Origin: an uncultured Planctomycetales bacterium
Lineage (GTDB): Bacteria; Omnitrophota; Gorgyraeia; Zapsychrales; Zapsychraceae
Direction: 5' to 3'
Assembly (NCBI GenBank): GCA_964541845.1
Contig: CAZIRV010000002.1
Span: 1-40,530, forward strand
DNA: 40,530 bases
A program made the translations under genes and the position numbers. Positions 25,994 to 34,959 of this stretch are shown here, piece by piece. The notes beneath the pieces were generated by a model. It made no database searches. It was given only the letters and a program-made list of their open reading frames with translations, and was not told where the DNA came from. Position 1 is the stretch's first letter. The number at the start of each line of letters is the position of its first letter.

Positions 25994-26010
25994 TAACACA
26001 GGAGAAAAAA

Positions 26011-26772
26011 ATGAATAAAATATTCGGCATTGCTTTAGCTATCTTTTTCGTAAGTACGTTGCCAGCATTTTCCGAGGACGCGACAGGAGAACATAAAAGT
26101 CCTCACTGGACTTATGAGGGGGAAACCGGTCCTGAATATTGGGGGAGTATTGACCCATCATTTTCAGCCTGCCAGAATGGGGTGAACCAATCTCCTATTA
26201 ACGTCACTAAGGCCACTTCTGCCTTATTAGGAGACATCATTTTCAATTATAATGATGTTCCGTTAAGTTTGATCAATAACGGGCATACGATCCAACTCAA
26301 CTATGCTCCCGGGAGTTCAATAACTGTGAATGGTCAGACATTTAATGTGTTACAATTTCATTTTCATAGCCCCAGTGAAAATAATATCGATGGAATGTCC
26401 TACCCCTTAGAAATGCACATTGTTCATAAAGATAAGAACGGAAAACTAGGTGTGATCGCGGTTATGTTTAAAGAAGGCCGCGAAAATCCTGTGATCACTG
26501 GTTTGTGGAGTCATTTAAAAGAAGCTACCGTCGGGAAGACAGTTAATAAAGACGATATTTCTATTAACGTGTACGCGATGCTTCCAGCTAACAAAGAATA
26601 CTATCGTTTTAATGGTTCTTTAACAACACCCCCTTGCTCTGAAGGAGTGCAATGGATGTTAATGAAAACCCCTCTTGAGGTTTCACCGGAACAAATCACC
26701 CAGTTTGTTAATCTAATCGGGCATAATAATCGGCCTATTCAAGCCCTTAACGCGCGAGTCATATTAAAATAA
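26011..26772 (+). CDS. cah: Alpha-class carbonic anhydrase, secreted/periplasmic
   Basis: It has a signal peptide (ALAIFFVSTLPAFS), QSPINV, zinc histidines in FHFHSPSEN and HIVH, and SLTTPPCSEGV. Confidence 0.92.
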   Translation: MNKIFGIALAIFFVSTLPAFSEDATGEHKSPHWTYEGETGPEYWGSIDPSFSACQNGVNQSPINVTKATSALLGDIIFNYNDVPLSLINNGHTIQLNYAPGSSITVNGQTFNVLQFHFHSPSENNIDGMSYPLEMHIVHKDKNGKLGVIAVMFKEGRENPVITGLWSHLKEATVGKTVNKDDISINVYAMLPANKEYYRFNGSLTTPPCSEGVQWMLMKTPLEVSPEQITQFVNLIGHNNRPIQALNARVILK

Positions 26773-26804
26773 TTGTATTTTTTACGGAGGTTTATTAAAA
26801 AATA

Positions 26805-29216
26805 ATGCGAAATTTAAAATTTTTAATTGTCATTATATTTTTATCTGTCGGTTCCATATCCTTGGGAAATACAAATATAGCGTATGCCGCAACCTATGGT
26901 CATGGAGCAGGTTATTCAAATTTAGTTAAGAAAAAGGAATCCCCGAAGCATGTTGCCTATCAAGTTCAGAAAACTATAAAAACATTTTCAGAAAAAACGG
27001 GGACAACAACACTCAATAAGCATAGCCCCCCTAAGTCTTCTCTATCGTCACTTTCGCGTGAGACTTCGCAAAAACACAAAACTAAAACATCACATAAATC
27101 TTCTCGTGCAAAAACGCAAAAAAATTCCCATGCTTCAAAAAAAACAAAACAGCTTATTAAATCCACTACTCTTGAACGGTTAGACCAAGCCCGCCAGGAT
27201 AGGAATATTATTACCCCGCTAATAGAGATAAAAGTTAATAATATTAATTCGAACAGCATTTTTAAAATTATTGGAATCTTTGTTTTTGTTATTTTGCTAG
27301 TCCTTGGATTAGCATTCCAATCCGGTATTTTTATTAGAATAAGCTTAAGTAGGAAATTATACGCAGGATTCGGGTTTATAATTCTTTTGATTATTGCGCT
27401 CGGTGTATTTAACAAATACTCTTTAAACAGCGTTAATGCTCAAAGTCATTTATCAGAAACTTTTTTAGACTTAAATACTTTAGTTACAGAAATGGAGGCC
27501 CTACAAAACGAATTTTTGCTTGTAGGAATAGAAGACAGAACTAAGGGTGAAACTTTGTTGCTGGAGCACCAAGCATCTTCTACAAAAATTCATGAAATAC
27601 TCACTGATGTTCAACGCGCGGAAATTGATACAATTGAACAGCGTGCTCTCGAAGCAATCACTGCTTCCTTTAAAAAGTATGTCCGTCTCTATGAAGGATT
27701 AGTTCGTAATTATCATGTCATTGAAGAAGATAAAGAAAAACTTGAAGAAGAAGCCTTGTCAATGGAGGGGTCCCTGGAAGCTATGCTTCAGGAGCATAGA
27801 AAAGATTTAGCCCGCTTACGTTCTAGGGGTGAAATAGGTGAAGAAGTAGACAAACAAGCTCGATTGGTCGGAGAACTTGCGGAAGCAGAACGTTTAATGT
27901 TAAGGCTTAGTCTTTCCGAGGTTGAATTTTTAAATGATAAACAGATCGACAGCGTCCATTCGATGGAACAATATTCCGGAGAATTAGAGTATACTTTAGA
28001 AACCATTGAATCTCATTTGAAAAATGTTGCAATTAATGGGAATAAGTTTAAAGAGGATCAAAAAAAATTACAACATGTACAGAAACAAGTAGAAAAATAT
28101 GAACAACTATTAGTTAAAATAATTACAGATCAATTATTAATTGAAAAAGAAAATTTAGATTCAATGGGACTTTTAAAACGCATAAATGCAACTGTTTCTC
28201 TATTATCTAAACGGGCTAATAATAAATCCAATACGGAAAAAACAAGTGCGGGACAAAAATCTATTGCGATTATTTTTGTTATTGCGTTATTAAGTTGTGG
28301 GCTTTCGATTGTTATATCAAAAAATGTAGAGAACTCTTTGATAAAAGTTGTTCAGGAACTCACGACCAATTCTGAGCAAGTTGCCGCGACTTCATGGCAA
28401 GTATCGCAGTCAAGCCAATCGTTATCTCAGGGAGCAACCGAACAAGCTGCCAGTCTGGAAGAAACCTCTAGTTCCATGGAAGAAATAGGATCTATGGTAA
28501 AACGTAACGCTGAGTTTGCCCAAAAAGCTAACCAAAAAGCCCAAGAATCACAGAGTCAGGCAGAACAAGGGGCCGGGGCGATGCAAAATATGGAAATCGC
28601 TATGGAAGACATTTCAGACTCTTCCAACAAAATTGGAAAAATTATTAAAACGATTGAAGAAATTGCCTTCCAGACAAATCTCCTTGCCTTAAATGCCGCT
28701 GTTGAAGCAGCACGTGCCGGCGAGCATGGAAAAGGATTTGCCGTTGTGGCTGATGAAGTGCGTAATTTAGCGCAACGCTCGGCTGTGGCCGCAAAAGATA
28801 CAGCCCAATTAATTGAAACAAGTATACAAAATTCTAAAAATGGAGTCGATATCGCCAATCAGGCAAGTGAAACATTGAATCATATCCTAGAAAATTCTAA
28901 AGAAATGACAGGAATTATTACTGATATTGCAGCTGCGAGTAAAGAACAATCTGATGGAGTATCTCAAGTCAGTACTGCAATAACTCAAATGGATCAAGTG
29001 ACACAAACCAATGCGGCTACTTCTGAAGAAAGTGCCGCGGCTGCTGAGCAACTCAATGCCCAGGCTGCCGGTTTGAAAGATGTTGTTACTATTCTTAAAG
29101 GGGTTGTTAAAGGGGCTAATGCTACAAATGATCGGTTCCTCTCGCATACTAATGCGTTGCCACAACTTCAAAAACGTTCTGCAATTTCTATGAATAATAC
29201 CCGTTCCATTAAATAA
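26805..29216 (+). CDS. Methyl-accepting chemotaxis protein with atypical N-terminus
   Basis: It carries the conserved signalling hairpin [41 protein letters not shown]. The N-terminal part has a signal peptide, a basic S/T/K-rich low-complexity stretch, three TM segments and a long helical ectodomain. Confidence 0.9.
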   Translation: MRNLKFLIVIIFLSVGSISLGNTNIAYAATYGHGAGYSNLVKKKESPKHVAYQVQKTIKTFSEKTGTTTLNKHSPPKSSLSSLSRETSQKHKTKTSHKSSRAKTQKNSHASKKTKQLIKSTTLERLDQARQDRNIITPLIEIKVNNINSNSIFKIIGIFVFVILLVLGLAFQSGIFIRISLSRKLYAGFGFIILLIIALGVFNKYSLNSVNAQSHLSETFLDLNTLVTEMEALQNEFLLVGIEDRTKGETLLLEHQASSTKIHEILTDVQRAEIDTIEQRALEAITASFKKYVRLYEGLVRNYHVIEEDKEKLEEEALSMEGSLEAMLQEHRKDLARLRSRGEIGEEVDKQARLVGELAEAERLMLRLSLSEVEFLNDKQIDSVHSMEQYSGELEYTLETIESHLKNVAINGNKFKEDQKKLQHVQKQVEKYEQLLVKIITDQLLIEKENLDSMGLLKRINATVSLLSKRANNKSNTEKTSAGQKSIAIIFVIALLSCGLSIVISKNVENSLIKVVQELTTNSEQVAATSWQVSQSSQSLSQGATEQAASLEETSSSMEEIGSMVKRNAEFAQKANQKAQESQSQAEQGAGAMQNMEIAMEDISDSSNKIGKIIKTIEEIAFQTNLLALNAAVEAARAGEHGKGFAVVADEVRNLAQRSAVAAKDTAQLIETSIQNSKNGVDIANQASETLNHILENSKEMTGIITDIAAASKEQSDGVSQVSTAITQMDQVTQTNAATSEESAAAAEQLNAQAAGLKDVVTILKGVVKGANATNDRFLSHTNALPQLQKRSAISMNNTRSIK

Positions 29217-29301
29217 TTGTTCTATTTTTAACTCTGCTATTCTCGTTAAATCGTCGAGAAAAGCAAAATCGGTTTTGGTCATTATTTAATGGAATGGGTA
29301 T
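29197..29301 (+). repeat. Family-1 hairpin element (copy Y3) bridging two convergent genes
   Basis: The arms are ATACCCGTTCCATTAAATAATT and CATTATTTAATGGAATGGGTAT. The inner stem is CTGCTATTCTCG/CGAGAAAAGCAA and the loop is TTAAATCGT. It contains both stop codons (29214-29216 on the plus strand, 29282-29284 on the minus strand). Confidence 0.9.
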
Positions 29302-30778
29302 TATTTAATAGAAATTTTTTTAGGTTAGCTTTTTTATGCAGGTCTTCCAGAAAGGCGCCGTAGGCCTCATCCTTTTTTTCTTCCATCATGCGTTCGGCAA
29401 AGGAACGGCTGTTTTTTCCAAATGCAGACATATCTGCAGGGATTAATTCATCAAGGTGCAAAATCGCGTAACCTTTGGTGGTAGACGCGAGACCACTTAA
29501 AGGATTTTGAGTTGTTAACGCGAAAAGTGTATCCCGGGATTTTTTTTGAATACCAAGAATAAAAAGAATTTGCCTCTGAGGGAGCAGAGCGGTCTGTTCA
29601 GAGGTTAATCCCAGAGATTTAAGAGATTCCACAAAGTCCTGCTTTTTTTGAATTTTTGTTAAATATTCTCGCGCCTTGATTTCAGCCATATCTCCGGATT
29701 TTTTGCGTGTTAGAATAGAAACAATTTTTTCTTTAGCCTCGGCAAAATCCGGAATGTATGAAGGCCGTTTTTCTTTAAGCTTTAAAACTAAATATCCTTT
29801 TTCCCATTCGGCGGGGCCAACTACTTGCCCAACTTCGAGTGTAAAAAGATTTTTGAGAAGGGTGTAAGATTCCTTTATTTTTAATCCTTTGCCGCTTTCT
29901 GTATTTCCAAGAGGAAAGTCAAGCTGTTTACGGTGGAAATAGCCGCTTTCATGAACAGAGAATTTAAATTTTTTCGCAAGGGCTTTAAAGTCCGGATTCT
30001 CGGGATATTCTTTGATAATGGCCTTGGCTTTAAATTTTGTCTCTACTCTTTTCTGTACACCAGCACCTTTAGGATAATCCGCGCGGATGTATTCAACTTT
30101 TACAGTTGGGGGCACAAAGAAATCGTATTTGTGTTGTTCATAATAACCGTGCATCTCTTTATCCGTGAGGAGAATTTCTTTTTCATAATCAGAAGCTAAA
30201 ATTTGTACATAAGTAACTTCGATTTTTGTATTTTGTTTTTGGTATTCTTCCCGAATTTGTGGCATGGAAAAGGTGATGGGACTGGTAATTTTTGTGCGTA
30301 ATTGATCAGTGATTAGAGATTCACGAATGGCCTCTTCAAAGTTTTTGATTTCAGATTGAAGAGATGTACGGATAATTTGTTTGTAGAGGAGATCATTGAA
30401 TTTATTTTTTCGAAAAAATATTTTGTATTGCGCGATGGCGTTAATGACCTCTTTATCAGAAACTTTAATTTTATGATTCTTTGCTTCACGCAGAAGAATA
30501 AGTTGGTCCCATGTTTGTGTGTCTAAATTTAATAATGGTTCAACGTCTTCAAACATGCGGCCATAGCGAAATTTAGTCAGAGTAAGATTGTGGCGGTAAA
30601 CCTTTTGAAACGCTTCGGCGGTTATTTTTTTCCCAAAAATCTCGCCGACATAGGATTTTGGTTTGAAAAGAGAGGGGATTTTGGACACAACTGTAAGAAT
30701 AATAGCGGCCCCAATAACTGCTCCAATAAGCCACACTAATTTTTCTGGTGTATTTTTTTTACGAAATTGTTCCAGCAT
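29282..30778 (-). CDS. PpiD/SurA-like periplasmic chaperone (peptidyl-prolyl isomerase family), membrane anchored
   Basis: It has an N-terminal TM (LVWLIGAVIGAAIILTVV), a SurA-N-like helical region and a parvulin-like segment (EVGQVVGPAEWEKGYLVLKLKE). Confidence 0.75.
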   Translation of the reverse strand: MLEQFRKKNTPEKLVWLIGAVIGAAIILTVVSKIPSLFKPKSYVGEIFGKKITAEAFQKVYRHNLTLTKFRYGRMFEDVEPLLNLDTQTWDQLILLREAKNHKIKVSDKEVINAIAQYKIFFRKNKFNDLLYKQIIRTSLQSEIKNFEEAIRESLITDQLRTKITSPITFSMPQIREEYQKQNTKIEVTYVQILASDYEKEILLTDKEMHGYYEQHKYDFFVPPTVKVEYIRADYPKGAGVQKRVETKFKAKAIIKEYPENPDFKALAKKFKFSVHESGYFHRKQLDFPLGNTESGKGLKIKESYTLLKNLFTLEVGQVVGPAEWEKGYLVLKLKEKRPSYIPDFAEAKEKIVSILTRKKSGDMAEIKAREYLTKIQKKQDFVESLKSLGLTSEQTALLPQRQILFILGIQKKSRDTLFALTTQNPLSGLASTTKGYAILHLDELIPADMSAFGKNSRSFAERMMEEKKDEAYGAFLEDLHKKANLKKFLLNNTHSIK

Positions 30779-30799
30779 AAAATTTTCTTTGTACGTATT

Positions 30800-31201
30800 T
30801 TAAGACTTTTTGGTCCAATTTTGAATTTCGAGTCCTTTTACGCGTTTGTAATGTTTTTCGTTATTCGTTACGAGCGTGTAGTTAAGATACATTGCGATTG
30901 AGGCATTGAGGAGGTCAAAGTCATCAAAGGGGGATCCTTTTTTTTGAAGGTCGGCCTTGAGTTCTCCAAAAATATCCATAATTCCTTTTTTAAGTCCGAT
31001 AACAGGAAATAGTTCGGCAATACGTTTGACGGTCGCGAGATTTTTTGTTTTGTGTTTGGATTTAGCAGCCCCAAAACGGAGTTCACCATAAGTAATAACA
31101 GAAATAGCTTTTGGCTCTTGAGCGGTTCGGACAATATTTTCCTGAACAGCAGGCATTCCTGAGAGGCTGTAGATGATGATATCGGTGTCAATTAAATACA
31201 T
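30800..31201 (-). CDS. vapC: PIN-domain ribonuclease toxin
   Basis: It has the MYLIDTDIIIY N-terminal acidic motif and conserved D/E positions typical of VapC. It overlaps the upstream antitoxin gene by 14 nt. Confidence 0.88.
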   Translation of the reverse strand: MYLIDTDIIIYSLSGMPAVQENIVRTAQEPKAISVITYGELRFGAAKSKHKTKNLATVKRIAELFPVIGLKKGIMDIFGELKADLQKKGSPFDDFDLLNASIAMYLNYTLVTNNEKHYKRVKGLEIQNWTKKS

Positions 31202-31469
31202 TCTTAAGAGTGTCTTTTGTGTTGTTGCTTCGTTTTCGGCTTGACCGGATTTCAGTGATGAGTGTATCCGCAGATTTTTTAGACTTCCACTTTGCTGACA
31301 ATTTCAAAAATTCTTGAGTAGCTTTTTCAGTTTGTTTTACGGGACGAGAAAGATAGTCCTGAATAATAGAAATAACTTCCTGGCTGATAGACCTATTGTC
31401 TATTTCAGCTCTTCGCCGAAGAGTCTCATAAATTTGATTGTCCATACCTTTTACTTGTAACGTGGCCAT
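31188..31469 (-). CDS. vapB: Ribbon-helix-helix antitoxin (VapB/FitA-like)
   Basis: The product is 93 aa and starts at MATLQVKGMDNQIYETLRRRAEIDNRSISQEV, a beta-strand plus helix RHH pattern. An AAGGAGG SD lies 4 nt upstream. The longer ORF-track version runs into the addA promoter region. Confidence 0.8.
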   Translation of the reverse strand: MATLQVKGMDNQIYETLRRRAEIDNRSISQEVISIIQDYLSRPVKQTEKATQEFLKLSAKWKSKKSADTLITEIRSSRKRSNNTKDTLKNVFN

Positions 31470-31595
31470 TTGACCTCCTTTTATATTACTGATCAACCAA
31501 AATAAGTATAAATCATATTCATGAATAAGCAACCATATTTCATGATTCTCTTTTGATCTTTCGTTTTTCTTTTCATAAGGTATAATATTTTTCTT

Positions 31596-34500
31596 ATGAA
31601 CTCTGATAATATTCAAAATTTTTCTTCCCCCGAAGTTCGTGTGGTTGAGGCGTCTGCGGGTTCCGGTAAGACGTATGCCTTGGCCAAGCGGTATGTGCAA
31701 TTGGTGTTGAGCACGGCTAAGGAAGACGTATCTGAACGCGTTCCTATCCGAAATATTTTGGCCTTAACGTTTACGAATAAAGCGGCTTTTGAGATGAAGG
31801 TGCGGATTTTGGAGTTTCTTAAGCGCATTGCCTTTAAGATGCTCTCGGATGCGGAAGTTGAAGATATTTTGATCCCTTTAGGGCTTGATGTTGAGCAAGG
31901 AAGGGTGAAGGCTTTTGAGGTGATGGAGGGGATTATTCATCAATACAATTTTTTTCAGGTACAAACCATTGATAAATTTATTAACGCATTGTTGTCGGGA
32001 TGTGCCTTTAAAATCGGTCTGACCGCTAATTTTAAAATCAAGACCAACGCGCATGATTATCTGCAATACAGCCTGGATCAGCTTATTGACCGCGCCCATT
32101 ATGAAAAAGATGTATTTAAAATTTTTGAAAAATTCCTTCACAATTATTTATATTTAGAGAATAGGACGGGTTGGTTTCCGAAGGAAGATATGCTTAATAT
32201 TATTAATACATTATTTCATCAGAATAATGCCTATGGATATGATTTCAGAGAAAGTCCGTTTAAAGCTGAGGAGATCATTAAAAATAAAAAAATAATTTTA
32301 TCTGAAATGAAGGCCCTGGAGGAAATTCTTCCGGAAAAAATACACGCGCAGTTTTCTAAAATCTTGGTCAAGTTTTTGGAAAACCATCCTAATGGGTTTG
32401 ATATCGATAGTATTTCTGATTATTTTGCTCGTGAAGAAATTCCAGTTCGCAAGGGAGGGAATGTGTCTGCTGAGGGTGAACAGTTATGGATGCTTATTCG
32501 AATAAATTTACGTCAATTGTGTCTGCAAGAGGCCTATTCATTGTTTAACCCGTACATTCAGATTTTTCAATCTGTTATGCGTGGATTTTACGCGGCAGCG
32601 GTTAAAGATGACTGTTTGTTTTTAGGGGAATTGAATAAAAAAGCCGGCGCATTATTTGATGATGACAGGATTACCGTCGAAGAGCTTTATTATCGTTTGG
32701 CCACACGGTTTAAGCATTATCTGATTGATGAGTTTCAGGATACGAGCCGTTTGCAATGGCATAATCTGGAAAAGATGGTAGAAGAAGCGTTATCTACGGG
32801 AGGGACATTATTTTATGTTGGGGATCGGAAACAGGCGATTTATGGATTTCGGGGAGGGGATGCAAGGCTGTTTGATGATGTGAAGCAGGAGTTTAATCCT
32901 TTTAATGTCTGTGTTGAGCGTTTAATCAGGAATTGGCGAAGTCAAAAAGCGGTGGTGGAGTTTAATAATACCATTTTTTCAATGGATAATCTCCGGCGGT
33001 TTATTAGGCAGAAAGAACTCTATGAGAAAGATAAAAGGAAAAAGAATCCGGTGATATTCAGTGAAAAAGATATGCGAAAAATTGAAAATATTTTTGAAGG
33101 GGCACGGCAGGATTTTCAACCGCGGAAAGATGGGGGATACGTTAAAGTTGAATATGTGGATATTACGGATAAAGAAGAACGGGATGACTTTATTCGATGG
33201 ACATTGATTGATCTGCTTAGAGATCTTCGGCAGAGATTTGCTTTGGGAGATATCGCGATTTTAACACGAGGGAATCAGGAAATTGAGCGGATGACGAATT
33301 GGTTATTAGAGGAAGGTATTTTAGTGGAGTCAGAGCGGACGTCCAATATTCAGGAGAATTTTCTCATTCAGGAATTGATCGCGTTTTTACAATTTTTGGA
33401 CTCTCCCATTGATAATCTGGCATTCACCACATTTATCCTTGGAGAGATTTTTTCTAAGGCTACAGGATTAAAAACAGAAGAGCTGCACAGGTTTGTTTTT
33501 AGTTTGCGCGAAAAGTCGCGTAAGCAGAATGATGTGTATGTTTACATGGAGTTTCGAGGACAATATGGGGAAATTTGGGAGACGTTTATTAATGAATTTT
33601 TTAAAAATGTCGGTCTGTATCCTCTCTATGAATTAGTTGTGACTATTTACAGCAAGTTTCAGTGTTTGCAAAATTTTTCAGAATATCAGGTTTTTTTTAT
33701 GCATTTTCTGGAATTGATAAAAAAACAGGAAGAAGAGCATTCTGATATTACTTCATTTTTAGAGTATTTTGAAAAATTACAGGGAGAAAATCTGTATGTT
33801 CATATCACCGATAGTAACGCGGTTAAAATTTTAACGATTCATAAGTCCAAGGGGCTTGAATTTCCAGTGGTAATTTTGCCGTTTCTTGGAATGGATGTTC
33901 AGGTTGGCGCGGGAGGCTCAAATAATCAACAGTCCTATATTATGCAGAGAGAGGAAGAGTCCATGGAGTTATTGCGTTTAAAACTTAAATATTTAAAGTT
34001 TTCTGAGGAGTTGTATCACATCCACGCGCGAGAATATAAAGAGTCATTTTTATCGGAACTGAACAATATTTACGTCGCCCTTACGCGTCCGGAAAAAGAG
34101 CTGTATGTTTTTATTCCAAAGAAGGTGGGCCAGAGCTTTAATTTATTGCGATTTTTAATTCCGGAAGAAATGTATGAACAAGGTCAAAAGGGCGTGGGAA
34201 GTCTTTTGCGGGAAGAGAATGAAGAAGGGGAAATTAGCCGGTCCCCTTTTTTACCTTTATCGAATTATCAGGATTGGATCGGGTATTTGAAAGAAGAGTT
34301 TTGCCATTATGACCAGTTTAAAAATCGCGCGCAGCGCTTTAAGGGAGAGGTGACGCATTGTGTTTTATCTTTGATAGGGGATTTGACACGGAAGGATACA
34401 CGGAAAGTTGTCCAAGAAGCGATTGAGGAGGCACGGCATAAATTTCCGGAAGTTTCTGACTGGGGAGAATATGAACGCGATATTTTAAAATTTTTGGAAC

Positions 34501-34751
34501 GGGAAGACATTAAACCGTTTTTTTACTGTGAAAAGGCAGAGGTTTTTACGGAAAAAGAAATTATTAATGCTGTTGGACATACCAAACGGATTGACCGATT
34601 GATTATTACAAGTGAAGACGTATGGATTGTTGACTACAAAACAGGTCAGGATGCTGAGGGGCGTAACGCACAGCAGATAGAAGAATATGAAAGAATTCTT
34701 AAAGAGATGTATCCGGATAAAAAGGTGAAAGGGTTTTTGGTGTATTTATGA
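31596..34751 (+). CDS. addA: AddA/RecB-type UvrD-family helicase with C-terminal PD-(D/E)XK nuclease
   Basis: It has Walker A ASAGSGKT, motif II IDEFQDTS, LTIHKSKGLEF and a C-terminal nuclease motif IDRLIITSEDVWIVDYKTG. Confidence 0.85.
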   Translation: MNSDNIQNFSSPEVRVVEASAGSGKTYALAKRYVQLVLSTAKEDVSERVPIRNILALTFTNKAAFEMKVRILEFLKRIAFKMLSDAEVEDILIPLGLDVEQGRVKAFEVMEGIIHQYNFFQVQTIDKFINALLSGCAFKIGLTANFKIKTNAHDYLQYSLDQLIDRAHYEKDVFKIFEKFLHNYLYLENRTGWFPKEDMLNIINTLFHQNNAYGYDFRESPFKAEEIIKNKKIILSEMKALEEILPEKIHAQFSKILVKFLENHPNGFDIDSISDYFAREEIPVRKGGNVSAEGEQLWMLIRINLRQLCLQEAYSLFNPYIQIFQSVMRGFYAAAVKDDCLFLGELNKKAGALFDDDRITVEELYYRLATRFKHYLIDEFQDTSRLQWHNLEKMVEEALSTGGTLFYVGDRKQAIYGFRGGDARLFDDVKQEFNPFNVCVERLIRNWRSQKAVVEFNNTIFSMDNLRRFIRQKELYEKDKRKKNPVIFSEKDMRKIENIFEGARQDFQPRKDGGYVKVEYVDITDKEERDDFIRWTLIDLLRDLRQRFALGDIAILTRGNQEIERMTNWLLEEGILVESERTSNIQENFLIQELIAFLQFLDSPIDNLAFTTFILGEIFSKATGLKTEELHRFVFSLREKSRKQNDVYVYMEFRGQYGEIWETFINEFFKNVGLYPLYELVVTIYSKFQCLQNFSEYQVFFMHFLELIKKQEEEHSDITSFLEYFEKLQGENLYVHITDSNAVKILTIHKSKGLEFPVVILPFLGMDVQVGAGGSNNQQSYIMQREEESMELLRLKLKYLKFSEELYHIHAREYKESFLSELNNIYVALTRPEKELYVFIPKKVGQSFNLLRFLIPEEMYEQGQKGVGSLLREENEEGEISRSPFLPLSNYQDWIGYLKEEFCHYDQFKNRAQRFKGEVTHCVLSLIGDLTRKDTRKVVQEAIEEARHKFPEVSDWGEYERDILKFLEREDIKPFFYCEKAEVFTEKEIINAVGHTKRIDRLIITSEDVWIVDYKTGQDAEGRNAQQIEEYERILKEMYPDKKVKGFLVYL

Positions 34752-34783
34752 ACAGGAATTTTAAAGGTTTTTTAATAATGTGT

Positions 34784-34914
34784 TTTTTTCCTCTCCCTAT
34801 GGGAAAGGACTTTGCCGAAGGCAAATAGGTGAGGGTTTGCGGTTTTTGAGAAATTAATATTACCCTCACCTTTCTGCTTGCAGCAGAGGCCTTCTCCCTG
34901 AGGAGAGGGGAAAA
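34784..34914 (+). other. 131-nt cloverleaf-like nested palindrome in the addA-addB spacer
   Basis: P1a pairs 34784-34796 with 34902-34914 (CCTCTCC/GGAGAGG core). P1b pairs 34801-34808 with 34890-34898. P2 is TTTGCC-gaa-GGCAAA (34811-34825). P3 is AGGTGAGGGT-25 nt-ACCCTCACCT (34827-34871). P4 is CTGCT-tgc-AGCAG (34874-34886). Confidence 0.7.
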
Positions 34915-34959
34915 CGATGATTTAGTTTAAGGGGCGCTGAATGTAGTGAAGCTTAATTT

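Noticed and set aside
26966-29282. Antisense ORFs inside the MCP gene (26966..27415, 27788..28006, 28556..28858, 28887..29282), and similar antisense or overlapping ORFs inside other genes (for example 14746..15033, 14959..15306, 15639..15959, 30868..31191, 38077..38748).
   Set aside because: They lie within or opposite strongly supported genes. They have no SD, and their composition is typical of shadow frames.
31470-31700. Long version of the minus-strand ORF 31188..31700 (170 aa).
   Set aside because: The RHH antitoxin starts at ATG 31469 behind AAGGAGG. The upstream part runs antisense through the addA start and the divergent promoter region.
34784-34914. The cloverleaf-shaped structure as a tRNA or tmRNA-like gene.
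   Set aside because: At about 131 nt it is too long. It has no T-loop (GTTCRANNC) or D-loop consensus and no 7-nt anticodon loop, and two of its arms have 3-nt loops.
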